From Vermamoeba vermiformis (lineage: Eukaryota): a stretch of 62,567 bases of DNA. Below are positions 36,678 to 52,074 of the stretch, in pieces (within the stretch, counting starts at the first letter, position 1; the number at the start of each line of letters is the position of its first letter). Position numbers and translations under genes: made by a program. The notes under the pieces were generated by a model, which saw nothing but the letters and a program-made list of their open reading frames with translations, had not been told where the DNA came from and did not search any database. The stretch covers positions 1 through 62,567 of the forward strand of contig JBEWZL010000045.1 of the NCBI GenBank assembly GCA_045837725.1, in the 5' to 3' direction.

Positions 36678-39051
36678 TTACCATAAATCGGAGAATTCAT
36701 GTCGCACTGCCTTCTCTAAAGCCTCTCGGTGCATCGGATGTGCGATCTTGATCAACTCTTTCGCCCGTTGATGCAAGTTCTTGCCGTATAAATATGCAAT
36801 ACCATATTCGGTGACTACGTAGTGGACATGAGCACGAGTTGTTACGACACCACCGCCCTGAGAATAAAATTTTAACATTTGTACTGGATCCGATCTATAG
36901 TTACCGAGAGAAAACCGCTTTAAACTTCACTAATATGGCTGATTATACTTACTTGCTTAAGGAATGGTACTATTCTGCTAACGCCCTTGGAAGTAGTGCT
37001 CGGTAAAGCGATAATTGGCTTGCCTCCGTCTGACAACGCAGCGCCTCTCATAACTATTGGATTTAAAGTTAAATTAAGCTTTAAAAACATATTACTCTTA
37101 TATTTAAATCACTTACAGTCCATTTGACCTCCAACTCCGGAATAAATCTTGTTGCCGATCGAATCTGCGACAACTTGACCAGTCAGATCCACTTCAATCG
37201 CACTATTGATAGCAATAACCTAATATTGATATGAATATATGGCTATTAATAAGTGTATTGTACTTACCTTAGGATTTTGCTTTACAACAGCCGGGTCATT
37301 AATATTTTCAATGCGCAAGAAATGTACGAGCGGATTGTCATCGATAAAATCGTATAATTTCTTAGTGCCCATGCAAAAGCCGACAATCATAAGGTTTTTG
37401 TATAACTATGATAGCACAGGTTAGATTAAGAACGATAATTAAGTCAAAAAAACTTAATATAGGATCCAGTACGCGGATCTTGAAACTTACTTTCTTCTCT
37501 TCGTTGGTGATCACGCCTCGCTCCACTAAGTCGATTACACCGTCTGAAAACATTTCAGTATGAATTCCGAGTCTTTTGTGGCCCTTCAACTCGCTCAGTA
37601 CTGCATCTGGAATGGATCCAATGCCCATTTGAAGCGTGGCACCTAAGTTGCAAAGTCACTAATAAAGTCATCTAAATATGGCTGTAGTGTTGAATTACCA
37701 TCAGGAACAAGACTAGCAACCAATTTTCCAATCTTTTGCTCGATCTCGTCTGGAATTTCTCTTTCTCGAACAAAGATCGGTTCATTGACTTCGACCAACG
37801 AATCTAAGATAGTGGTTAGACATTATATACTGTATTTTTATAACGTACCAATGCAAGAGACGTGAATGAGACCATCACCGTGCGTTCTCGGCATCTGTGG
37901 ATTTACTTGCGCGATGACTGTCTTAGCACATTCAACCGCAGTAACTGCTACGTCGACTGAAGTGCCTAATCACAATAATAAAATTAATAAAACTGATCCA
38001 CCAATGGCCTCTCGTCAATTTTCGATCGTTTGTAAGATCGCTACAAAAACTCTCAGAATTCATGAAAGAATTTGAAAATCACGTGACATCGCTATTTCCT
38101 TATATAGAAATCGATATTTGTACTTACCCAACGAGCAGTAACCGTGCTTGTCAGGAGGTGAGACGTGGATCAGTGCTGCATCTAGCGGCAAAATGTCTCG
38201 TTTGAACAATAGTGGCACTTCACTTAAGAACACTGGTATATAGCCCGCACGACCTTCTTGCACCGCTGAACGGAGATTGGCACCCGTGAACAAGTTGTTC
38301 ACTTTGAAAATGCCCGTGTACTTGGGATCTGCGTACTCGGCTTTGCCCTAAAAATAGAAACAATTTAATATCGAAAAAAAATCGCCATTATCTACAGTAG
38401 TATTAGTATTAGTTTAATTATCGGCTTACTTCGGTGTGCAAATGAACGATCTCGACATTTTTCAGTTCTTTGTGTCTGTTCGTCATGGCCTATAAATTTT
38501 TATAAATTTGTGTTTATTCTAATAATTATATTCCTTGTTTAATTATACCGGCTTAGCAAGCAAATAACCACGCAATTGGAAAACAAAAGTAAATTTAAAA
38601 AAATCTCGCCTGTGGTCATGATGCTGTACAGCGATATTCCCTATTGTATTTAATTTACCTTAATTAATTGTTGTGGCGCAGCAGCTACACCGTGAATGAA
38701 CACGCGGTCATTGGACTTGATACATTGCACGGCTTGTTCAGCTGTCACGATTTTGGGCAGAGGTCCACTCGGCACGGTGACTAAAAATTAGGTCATTAAT
38801 AAGGTAACGTGGGGAAGGCATTTGTTGTCGCGTAACGAAAATTTCAAAATAAATAATGAAAAATCAACAAAAATATTTGCAATAATTACTACCATCAAAT
38901 AAATAGCGAGGATCTGCAGAAAAACGATAACTGGTGCGTAAAGCATCGAGCAAATATTTTACTTACGTTTGTGCAAGCTGAAGTGTCTGACGGATCTGCC
39001 TCCGAGCTTAGTGGACTGCTTAATGACAGTCTGCGCTACTTTAGCGAACAT
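36678..39051 (-). CDS. Acetate:succinate CoA-transferase (subfamily 1B-like) / acetyl-CoA hydrolase-transferase with mitochondrial-type presequence
   Basis: MFAKVAQTVIKQSTKLGGRSVRHFSLH...; VTAEQAV, IPVFLSEVP, VSPPDKHGYCSLG, TLQMGIGSIPDAV, LGIHTEMFSDG, NSAIEVDLTGQV, GVGGQMD, VVTEYG, LIKIAHP. Many exons. Confidence 0.92.
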
Positions 39052-39389
39052 TGAGCTGTGTGCTACTTAATGGTTAGAAATTTACAACTGATTTAGCGAC
39101 GGTTGAAAGACGAAAAATCCGTTTCAGAAACACCTTTCATGAAAATTCAGTCGAAAGCAAAAAAGCAGATCTTGCAATTTAGACAGCTGGAGACCACACT
39201 ACGAAATTTATTTATTCTCAAGTAGCACGCCGATCATGCATGGCCAGAGGAAATTCATTTCTGCGAAATTCTTGCTTGATTTAAAAATCTTATTTGGCGC
39301 CTTTTTGGGCTGATTATTTCAATATTCATAATAGAAGAGCACATTAGATGGAACAAATAACAAAATAATTATTTGTGGAGGTGTGGAAG

Positions 39390-40675
39390 ATGTATTTCAA
39401 CGTAGATGCAGACATTAATGTTCACGGTCCTGGCTCTTCAGCTGAGCGCACTGAATATTGCAAAACATGGTAATTATATTTTTAAAATATCGTTTAGCTA
39501 TTTATGAATGCGAAATACGCTCCTATTCGCCCTACAAAGATATCCTTAATTTTTGGATCTTCGTTCTGGGCTTACCTTAATAGTGCACATAAAATTTATT
39601 GGTACTAACAGCTATTTACTTATTTTAAGGCAAGAAAAAGAGCGAGACAAACAATATTACAAGCAGCGCCTTGAAAAATGGGAAAAACAACAATCCACGA
39701 CTGAGGTACGCAAGAATTTATTAATTTAATACTTTATTAGCGTATTCAAAACTCTTAATTAACCCTGGAACCATAGCTGAAATCAGAAACGTTCAAAGGA
39801 GTGACGGTCTGGATCTCAGGGTACACCGATAAGTCGTCAGATCTACAGCTCAAAACATTAGTCGCACAACATGGTGGACAAATATCGTAAGTCACTTCGT
39901 TGTGAGACTGGCGGGATTAATTACTATATATAGTAAATCGGCCAATAATACTAACGGTCTCTTTTACGCAGGTGGTTTTTTTCGGCTACTCGCACGACTC
40001 ACATTATTTGCACCAATCTCGCAGCTGCAAAGATTGATCGAATGTTAAAACGGGTGGGAGCTAAGAAATTTATCCCGGTGGTGCATCCAGACTGGATTTT
40101 AAATTCAGTGAAACAACGGAAGCTATTGCCCGAACACGACTTCCGCGTCATTCAACCGACCAATCAGCATCAAATAGACCAATTCTTTACGAGAAAAGCA
40201 GACAGCACTAGTGATTTAGACGATGAGGACAGTGTTAGCGACAGTACTGCGGAGGATACTAACAAACCCAAAGTTATTCCGCGACCCATTTATAGTCCGA
40301 AGAAGACCTTACACGACGCCACTAAAACTTAGTCCAAAAAAGGAAAAGAAACAAGATGCAAATGAACCGAAAACGATCGATGATGCTGGTAAAAATAATG
40401 GCAATGATATCATGAAGAATTCTGAAAAAGACAAAGAAAATTTTGAGCCAGTACTGATTGACGCGGCACAAGACGCTAACAACAATAAGAAAGAAAAGGT
40501 ATTGAAGAATATTGACATTAGAACGGGCAAAGTGATCAAAACTTCAACGACGAGTGCAGTCCAAGTCAAAAAATCATCGAACAAACCACCACTCGCTAAA
40601 CTTTCGTTGTTGTCCAACGGCCAGTTCAAAAATATTCCTAATGTCGCTAAGAAATCAGGACCAGTCAAAAAATAA
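39390..40675 (+). CDS. Stand-alone Rev1-type BRCT protein with Lys-rich tail; possible +1 frameshift near 40306, otherwise ends at 40332
   Basis: FKGVTVWISGYTD...LKTLVAQHGG|...TTHIICTNLAAAKI...PVVHPDWILNSVKQRKLLP. Confidence 0.75.
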
Positions 40676-40926
40676 ATGACACTTGTATTGTACTAACTTT
40701 TTTGTCCCACAAATTCTCGCCCTTTTTTTGCCTTACTTATTAGGGCACATTTCTCTTTCAACTAAAATAACCATACATACAAAATAATAGATTAGAATAG
40801 ATCTCCCCCACAGGAGATTACGAACGATAATGAAATTTCTTGCAAGATTTAGTTTTTGGCCTATGGTTTCCTTCAACATTTTCGTGTCAGAGTCATTTTG
40901 CGAAAACATATTATAGCGATAACAAC

Positions 40927-41935
40927 ATGAGCAGCAGTATTAAAGATTCAAAAGTTAAAGTCGCTGCGTGCGAGCTCCGAACAGAAAATGAAGCAGATTT
41001 CGAACTAGATTGGAATAATTTAAAGAAAACTCTATCAGAATGTCCTGTCGATATATTATTGTTACCTGAAATGCCTTTCTACGAGTGGATTTGCCGACAT
41101 CCGGAGAAGAACCAAGATCTATGGAATTTATCGGTTAAAAAGCAACGCGAATTTTTAAATCGATTACCGGTATGAAAACGATATACCTGGTTGTTATTGA
41201 TATTTTCTATAATATTAATGCCTTTTTAAAAATTAAAGGAGCTGAAAACTAGATTCGTTGCAACAACAATTCCAACCACAAAGAACGGAGAAAACCGAAA
41301 CACAGCGATTATTGTAGACAATACTAGCGGGTATAAATTTATAAGAGTTAACGATTCAATTCAAATTCCTAATTCGACTCTAGGTCGATCCTCTATGAGC
41401 ACGATAAAGCATACTTACCAAACGAGGATGGAGTGTGGGAGAGCACGTGGTATAATCGAGGTGATAAAGAGTTCACACCATTTGCAATAGAACTCGGCAA
41501 CAACAAGCGAGTGTTGTGTAGCTTCCAAATCTGCTCGGAGTTATGGTTTATGGAGCACGGCAGAACTTCAGGGCAACAAGGTGCTCATATCATCTTTTCG
41601 CCTCGTGCTACTGGTCCTAAATCTCTCGCTAAATGGACCGCTGGAGGTAAGTCAGATGGCTCCTTTACATACACAACTCAATCCGTTACACGATGTCTAG
41701 TACGTTGCTAATTCTACGTTGATTAGGACAAGCGCTAGCTGTAGTATCAGGGTGCTATAGTATCTCCTCAAATAGAGTTGCTGAAGATCGTTTCGGAGGC
41801 AAAGGCTGGATCATTTCGCCTGATGGAGATCTGCTTGACTTTACAACGAGTGACAAGCCTGTAGTCATTGCTGATATCGATATTGATGTTGCTAATGAGG
41901 CCAAGAAGACATACCCGAGAAACATCGTCATGTAG
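40927..41935 (+). CDS. Carbon-nitrogen hydrolase (nitrilase superfamily), 4 exons
   Basis: Catalytic E-K-C context: LLLPEMPF, HDKAYLPNEDGVWESTWY, QICSELWF; then SSNR, GKGWIISPDG, AKKTYPR. Confidence 0.9.
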
Positions 41936-42171
41936 AGAACCTCTTGTAGCCAGTCAGATTCGTCGATCCCCAAATGAACCCGTGTTTTCCAATTGCTCCA
42001 TAATCTGCCCTGCTTTGGTCTCTTCAATAGCGTGTACAACTTATTAAATAGGTTGATATTTCAGCTGACGCGTGATGCCCAGAAATTTTCATGAAACAAA
42101 CGGAACAACCTTTCACCCAAAAAACAAAATTTGTTTTTGTTTGAGATAGAAGATCGTCGTATTGATCACAA

Positions 42172-44847
42172 ATGTTAGGACGATTGGTTAATTTAACGCG
42201 ATCAATCAAGATTGCAAGCAGATCCCTTGCAACAAAACAGATTGCAAGAAAATACGCAGTGGATCCTTTAGGACCTCACACAGACCAAGATAAAAAGCCT
42301 CAAGTCACGTTAAAAGTAGACGGAAAATCAGTATCAGTGCCAGTCAATAGCACAATTTTAGATGCATGCAAGAAAGCCAAAAGTTACGTACCAACGCTGT
42401 GCTATCACCCAATGCTACGTATAGTCGGTCAATGTCGAGTATGCTTAGTCGAGATTGCCACTAGAAAAAATAAATTAGTTCCAGCATGCGCAACAAAAGT
42501 TGAGCCAGGTATGGAGATCAACACGGATTCAGAACAGATCCAAAAATCAGGTAAATATGAATTAATCATGATTTTAATAATTATTAATTTAATGAATAAT
42601 TGTAGTCGTGCAAAACCTTCAATTTTTGCGCTGTCGACATCCAAACGAATGCATGACGTGCGAAGCTGACGGGCAGTAAGTTCCTGAAATACTAATATTA
42701 AAGAAAATTGTTAATTAATCACTGTTCTAAGTGCTTGGATTTATTTACCTAACGAAGCTAAAAGATTTCGTGAACCAATTTTAATAGGCTATTTTTAGCT
42801 GCGAGTTCCAAAGCTTAGTTTATCGCTACGGCGTCGAAGAAATTCTTCCAAAAATGCACCACGATCGATCAGATATTCGCGACACTTCTTCAAATGCTTT
42901 GGTACGCGACATGAACAAATGTATTTTATGCAGCCGTTGCATTCGCGCTTGTTCTGATGTTCAAGGAATGGTAAGTAGTAATAGCCATTGCAAAGCCATA
43001 ATATCGATCTTAATGGTCTAATTTAGAATATTCTCGGCATGATTGGTCGTGGCAATACAGAACACGTTTCAACTGTTGGAGAAGTTCCGATAAATCAAAC
43101 ACGTACGAACAACTTCTTTTCTTTGCAATAATTTATCGATATTAACACGTACCGAATATAGCGTGCATTAGTTGCGGTCAATGTACTGCCGTTTGCCCTG
43201 TTGGCGCGTTGATTGAAAAGCCTCATATTCATCCAGTACAAAAAGGACTCATGCACAAAAGTGGCAAAATATACGTGGCACATATCGCACCAGCTGTTCG
43301 TGTCGCAGTGTCGGAACAATTTGGTCTTAAACCAGGCACTATTAGCACGAACAGATTAGTCACCGCATTGAAAGAATTAGGATTCGATTACGTGTTTGAC
43401 ACAAACTTTGGAGGTATGCAGCTTGCCCCTAAAAATAGACCTATGAGACTAACGTTAATATTTTCAGCGGATTTGACCATTATGGAAGAAGCCACGGAGT
43501 TCACTCGTCGTGTCAAAGAAGGTGGACCATTCCCTATGTTCACTTCGTGCTGCCCTGGCTGGATTAATCTAATCGAGAAATCTTATCCCGAAATGGAACC
43601 GCACTTGTCGAGCTGCAAGAGGTAAGAACAGAATTCTTGCAAAGATTACCGGATCTAACTTATTGCTCGTAGTCCTCAAGGCATGATGGGCGCGCTCATT
43701 AAACGCCTAATTGCTCAACGATTGAATGTGGCACCAGACCAAATAGTAAACGTCTCTATTATGCCGTGCGTTGCGAAGAAAGATGAAATTGCACGACCAC
43801 AGCTGTCGTTGGAAATGACCGACAAAGACGGCAACAAGAAAGTCATTCCTGAGACCGACTATGTCCTGACAACTCGTGAGATTGGTCGTTTGATAGAAAC
43901 AGAACGAGTAAGTCAAAAATACCTCTTTTTTTATCGCTTCAAGTTGCAGCAACTTACTTTTGACCGAATAGATCCCGTTCGCGTCACTTCCTGAAACAGA
44001 CTTTGACAATCCTCTCGGCGAGACAACAGGTGCAGCAGCGCTATTCGGAGCTACAGGCGGTGTTCTAGAAGCAGCTCTTCGCACAGCATACTCGATGATC
44101 ACCGGTCAAGAGCTCACTAAAGAGCAAGTTGATTTCCACAGCGTGAGAGGGTAAGACCAATGGCGTACTATCGATTATACTTTCATTGCTAAGCCCTATT
44201 GAATAGTGCCGCTAGTGTTCGTGAAGCGACCATTCCAGTGGCTGGAACTCCGGTCAATGTTGCGGTCATTCACGGTACGGCGAACATCAGAAAAGTCGTC
44301 GAGAGCGTTAGAGATGGTGGCAAATATAAGGACTTCCATCTCATCGAAGTCATGGTAGGTTAAATTGTGCGTGGCAAATTTTAGCACCATCACTGATCGA
44401 TTTTTGCTAAGGCTTGTCCTGGTGGATGCGTCGGAGGTGGCGGTGAACCGAAAACGGGCACTATCGATCCAAACATTGTTAAAGAACGCATTGCAGCTAT
44501 TTACGGTAAGACTTACGCTTCCTCGAGCTCCGAAAGTGGTCTAATCTGCTTCTACAGAAATCGATAAAAATAAGCCTCTTCGCAAGTCCCATGAGAACCC
44601 AGCGATTAAACAATTGTACGCCGATTATTTTGGTGAACCTGCTTCGCACAAGGCGCACGAGATTCTCCACACGCACTACACTGATCGGTAAGATCTGTTC
44701 ATGAAACATTGCATAGCTGGAAATCTTACCTTGCTTGACAGACGCGGCGAAGTTAAAGCCAGAAGCGATGTTCCTTTCGGTGCACCACCTGTCGTTGAGC
44801 TCAAGCACCCAGAAGAGGACGTCGAACACATCCGAACCAAAATCTGA
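42172..44847 (+). CDS. hydA: Long-form (CpI/M3-type) [FeFe]-hydrogenase with mitochondrial-type presequence, multi-exon
   Basis: H-cluster motifs FTSCCPGW, MPCVAKKDE and EVM|ACPGGCVGGGGEP; N-terminal 2Fe-2S (LCYHP..GQCRVC..AC), His-ligated 4Fe-4S (HPNECMTCEADGHC), two 4Fe-4S (CILCSRCIRAC, CISCGQCTAVCP); small-subunit region RKSHENP..AHEILHTHY. Confidence 0.96.
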
Positions 44848-45030
44848 TCACAAAATAATTGGATCCGGCAAATAAAAGCAAAAAAATTGTAAATAATTAC
44901 CTTGTTATTAGTACTGACCAATAAGACCATAGACGAGACGACAGCCATTATTTTTTAATTTTTGTTTTATTTCCCTATTGAATATTCACGATACAATCGC
45001 AATCGAGTGGAAGTTCATTTACAAATAAAC

Positions 45031-46224
45031 TTATCCACCACCACCGCTACCGTAGGTCTTGCCGAAGAAGAGCATTTGCAACTTGTCGTAACCGGCCAAG
45101 ACACCAGCACCAGCGACGGCTCTCAAAATGTTGGCACCAGCGCCCTTGAAGAGAGACTTGGTACCTTCCTTCTTGGTGATTTCAACAAAGGCGTGCATAG
45201 AGCTCTTGTACTTGACAGCTTCACCAGAAGTCATCATCATACGTCTGCGGACAGTATCGATGGGGTAAGAAGCGAGACCAGCACCGATGGTGACACCCCA
45301 ACCCAAGAAGAAGGAGGCGATGAAGGAGTCCTTCATGTTGCCAGTCAAGAGGACGGGCTTCAAGGAATCGAACATACCGAAGTACAAACCACGGTAGACG
45401 ATGATACCAACGCAAGAAATGACGAAACCACGGTACAATCCAGCAACACCGTCAGAAGCGAGGGTCTTCTTGTAGACGTCGACGAGACCGTTGAATTGAC
45501 GAGTACCACCCTTCTTGGCAGACTTGTTGTCGTTAGCCAAACGAGTACGGGCGTAGTCCAAAGAGTAGACGAAGGCCAAAGAAGCAGCACCAGCAGCACC
45601 ACCAGAAGCCAAGTTACCGGCGAACCACTTCCAGTAGCCGTCCTTGTCCTTGGTGTAGCCGAACATTTTCTTGAAGTAGTCCTTGAAGGCGAAGTTCAAG
45701 GCTTGAGTAGGGAAATAACGCAAGACGTTGGCAGTGTTTCCTCTCCACAACGAGGCAACTCCTTCTTCCTTGATGACACGGGAGAAGCAGTCGTTGATAC
45801 CCTTGTAAGGCTCAGAGAGACGACCAGACTTGAGCATTTCATCCTAAATCGCGCAAAAAAAACTATTTAGCAAAAATCCCAAAAATAAATTGTCGGTTAT
45901 TTATCGTGCTTTCGAGAACACATGTTATTTGAGCTGCTTGACTTATTTTTATCATTAAATAATATCTTTGCTCAACGAATCAAATCTGAATCTTTTCAGA
46001 CCGAGCTCAATTCGTTGGATCTTTGGATGTTTTCGCTAAGATATATGATATGCACGACAAAAAACAACTAAACTCCACAAAACACTTACTTGATTTTGAA
46101 TCAAGAGCTTAACACGCTCGATGGGGGCGGCAGCAGTCTTGGAGACAGCAGCAGAAACACCACCCATCATAAAGTCGATGAGGAAAGCGGTAACGCCTCC
46201 CTTTTCACCCTTCTTGTCAGACAT
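45031..46224 (-). CDS. AAC: Mitochondrial ADP/ATP carrier, 2 exons
   Basis: [25 protein letters not shown]|, [18 protein letters not shown], signature RRRMMM. Confidence 0.97.
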
Positions 46225-46553
46225 CGTTGTTGTGTAAGTGTGAGGAAAGAACAAAAAGAAAAATAAATCGGGCCAACAAAATTGGCCGTGAGTTCATTCT
46301 GCCTCCCTGTTTATTGCCTCCCGGGAGGCACTTTTATTAGCCGTTGCCTAGCTCCCATTATCCTCAATTAAACATGAACGGCCTCTAATACGTACCAGTA
46401 CACCGATTTTATCAAAATTTGTCGATATTTAGTTATCTCCGAAAACGTTGTGGCAGATCCAGCGATTTTTAAGCTTGTGGGAGCTCGTGTGACCATTCAA
46501 GGTGACAATTTAATCGCAAATTTATCCATATATTTAATAAATAATCTGTACAT

Positions 46554-48363
46554 TTATTTGGCGAGCACGATAGCGCTGTTATCGTCTGCAGTTTTGTCAG
46601 TATCCGCCGTGTTATTATTAGGCGCGTTTGTATTATTATTATTATTGCCACGTGGCGTGTTAGCGGGCGTTGACGTGACGCTCTTCTTTTTCTCTTTTTC
46701 TTCCTCCTTGCGCTGCTTCTTCAATTTTTTGGCGGCTTTTTTGTACGTGGATCCGATCGTTTTGACGGCCTTTACTCGCTTTGATCTAATCTTCTTATCG
46801 ACTTCTTTATTACCGAGGACCTCTTCGCATACTTGTCGTACCACTCCATTAATCTACAGATATTGTTAACAATCTCGATCGCGATCCGATCAAATCCCGT
46901 GTCATACCTCCAACTTTCCAATCTTCCACATCGTGTTAAGACCATGGTCTGTAACTTTTTGTTGCATTTGTTGCAGCTGCTCTTCGGTTTCAATTTGGCC
47001 CTCTTCGAGCTTGCGTTCCATGTCAATTTGGGCTTGCTCGTAATTTACGACAGATCTGTGGTGCACCAAAAAAATCATTAGGACTTCCCCAAAGGTGATG
47101 GAAGCGCAGATGTATTACCCGACAGCTGAAAATGCCTGACTCATCAATTGCGTCTTCTCTTTGATCTCTGCAAAGAACCCAAGAAATCTGTGCGTGACAC
47201 GAGGTTAGGCCATTTAGTATAAGATTATATAGCAAGCCTAGGAGACCAGACGTTAACACTTACTTGTTGCCGTGTTGTGTAGCTTCTTGGTCATAAATCT
47301 CTCCAACGTAAGCAACAAGTGACAGGCCACCAGGGGCGTCAATCTTAGCTTCGACATCCGCTTGAATGAGTGCCTCGAAATCTGTTGGAATATATTAGAC
47401 ATGATTATATTACATTAATATGATTAGGTATCGCAATGGGCTGCAATTATAGATTCTCTAACAATAGAAATGTCGTACCTTTTTGATTTCCTGCTTCTGC
47501 GAGTTTGATTTTTTCAACGAGCGCAGCTTTCAAATTGTTAATTCGTTCGTCTTGTTTGGCTTTCATTTTTTCCATCAGTTCATCTTCATTGATAATTCCG
47601 CTCATCTATGCAAATGAATAAGAAAGGAAATTACATTTCGGATCCGTGGATCAGCGCTTGTCTGATTATTGAAACTAGGGCTTACTTGAAGTTCAATTAT
47701 AGTAGCAAAGCTCATTTCGCCGAAACAATCGTCAAATTTACCGCCACCAAACAACATGCTGAACAATTCTCGTGGATCCATTCCGTCACCTCCTGCACCA
47801 CCAGATCCAACACGTTCGAGACCAGCCTACGGATTATTATTGCATTATTATTGGATATAATGATAATTATAGTTAAACAAAGAAATAATTCGTGCGTAAA
47901 ATTACAATGTTCGATCTGTGAATTAAAGGGCGGCGGGACTTACTTTTCCGTGTTTATCATAAATAGCGCGCTTCTCATCATCGCTTAATACTTGATAGGC
48001 TTCGCTAATTTTTTTGAACTTGAATAAAATAAGAATTAGAAATACAACGCAAAATCAGCTCAAACAATTCAGAGCGAATTTATTTAAATTAATGTTTACC
48101 ATAGTCTCGGCATTAGGATCGTCGGGGTTTTTATCCGGGTGATAGATTTTGGCCTGTAAAATAAGGAAATTAATATTTCATTTTGGATCCGAGTATCTTT
48201 TCGATATTTTAATTACAGGTCAATAGCGCGCGTAATTATTAACGCCACGTATAGTTACCTTAAGAAAATAGGCTTTTTTGATTTCACCCTTTGTGGCTTC
48301 TTTGGTGACCTCAAGCACCTCGTAGTACTCCAGATCTACTTTTTCAACGTCTGGTTTTTCCAT
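46554..48363 (-). CDS. DnaJ-domain protein with DnaJ-X region (Caj1/Djp1-like), multi-exon
   Basis: [17 protein letters not shown]|..[38 protein letters not shown]-terminal VRQVCEEVL...RVKAVKTIG. Confidence 0.9.
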
Positions 48364-48597
48364 TGTTAATTGTATTATTTACAAATGTATAATGTTATTG
48401 AATACAATAAATAAACAAATAATGATTTTGCAACGAGAGCGAGGGAATTTGATTCACCGGCTAAAAATAAGTAGTCTGAAAATTGAACCCTTTTTGTCGA
48501 ACAGTGAATAAGGCACGAGCACTATACTCAGTATATTATTATTGTACGCCTATTTCCGTTAAATCAGAACGCAAATTCAGATTCTGCAAGTTCAGCA

Positions 48598-50571
<1,974 letters not shown>

Positions 50572-50687
50572 ATATTGCTACAATTATTCTAGAAAGACGC
50601 AGCAATTTCATCATTCGCTTGCAAAAATTCAACAGTAATTTAATTGGATTATTACAAGTAAGGCTAATTAGTACACTAATAGATCTA

Positions 50688-52074
50688 TTAAAACAGCTCG
50701 AGATCTTCGATTACAGTAAGGTCACGCTTATTGGTCGGACAAGCAGTTCCGTAACCACCCAATCTGCGCATCAATGGTTAATTCGCCGTTCATGAACCGC
50801 ATAGTAAAAAAGGTACCTTTTGCATTCAGAGTAACATTTGCAGGGACATACTGCAGGAGTACCAGTAGCACCACATCCGACTAACGAGGCACACTCTTGA
50901 CAGATGGCGATGAAATATCTACCAAAATGACCGTTATTACCATATAAGGAAATAAGTCTGACAAATTGTGTTCTTACTTTCCGTAGTAATCAGTGAAAGA
51001 GACTTGACGGTAAACAGTCCAAGTAGTAATTGTACTGGCGTCAGCAGGTACACTAGAACCAATATTACTCATCCATAATTTACCGTTCTCCATCTTGAAG
51101 CGGAAATAATTCTTCTAAAAAGTGGATCTGCGTTAGAACTACTCTTTCGTATCCAAGAGAATTATTCAAACTCACCTGGTTGACGGTGTAGTCGCTGTAA
51201 TTATCAGCTTTTTTGGGGTGAGCGCAGCTCCAAGACTCAGTTTTAGTGTAGTTGACAAGATCTCCAGTAATGACAAATGGTCCCTAATAAAGGCGTTAAC
51301 GACCGAGCTGTAGGTTAGCGTGGATCCATCGGATTCCAATCAAAAAAAGTCAACTCCGTCAGTACCGCTGATACTTACTCTGTCGTTGAAATCAGAAGAG
51401 GTCTTAACATTAGTTCTCGTTTCCATGACCGAGTCGGTAAAGAAAGCAGCCTTCTTAATCCCGTTAGCAGTGCACAAAATACCTAGAAAACTGAGTAAAT
51501 AAAACAGCTCTCGTTGTAAAGCTTGATAGCGTACCTTGAGGGCAACCTGGCCACTGTCCAGTACACAAACTCGAGTCGTTAAATGCAGTAGTCAATTGGC
51601 CGTTAGTGTAGACTGCCTCAGCCAACCAGTAGCCGATCACTTCATTAGGAAAAGTTAGATCCGCGGAACATTAGGAAATTTAGAGTTTGTCTTACATCCT
51701 TCAGCACCAGGAGGAACATAGGACGAAGGGCCTATTAATAAAAAGAACCGTTAGCACTGAGTTGATTTTTTGAAGCAGATGCGGTACGTACTCGCAGTGC
51801 AGTAGAGGTAAAAGTTACTGCATTCAGGTCTGCCTTGAAATACACTAATAGTAAAGTTGAAAGTGGAGGGTGTATCAAGAGGAATAACAATGTTGACGTC
51901 CGCTCGGAGTTGAGAAAGATCCGCTTGAGTTGAGGAAAGGCTAATTCCAAAGGCAGCAACGAGAGCCAGTATAATAGTACTACGAGATGAGCCGCTATAA
52001 TCGGATAAAACAGCGCTTAGATAAAGTTCTATTTTTGGGTTCGGATGTGGTGGCGTGTTGCGCATTTACCTCAT
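50688..52074 (-). CDS. Secreted Cys-containing protein of unknown function, multi-exon
   Basis: MS|GSSRSTIILALVAAFGISLSSTQA signal peptide; many small GT-AG exons; Cys-rich end CQECASLVGCGATGTPAVCPCKCYSEC...GYGTACPTNKRDLTVIEDLELF*. Confidence 0.55.

Noticed and set aside
44962-45870. 302-aa plus-strand ORF
   Set aside because: It is the antisense shadow of the strongly codon-biased ADP/ATP carrier and has no recognisable motifs.
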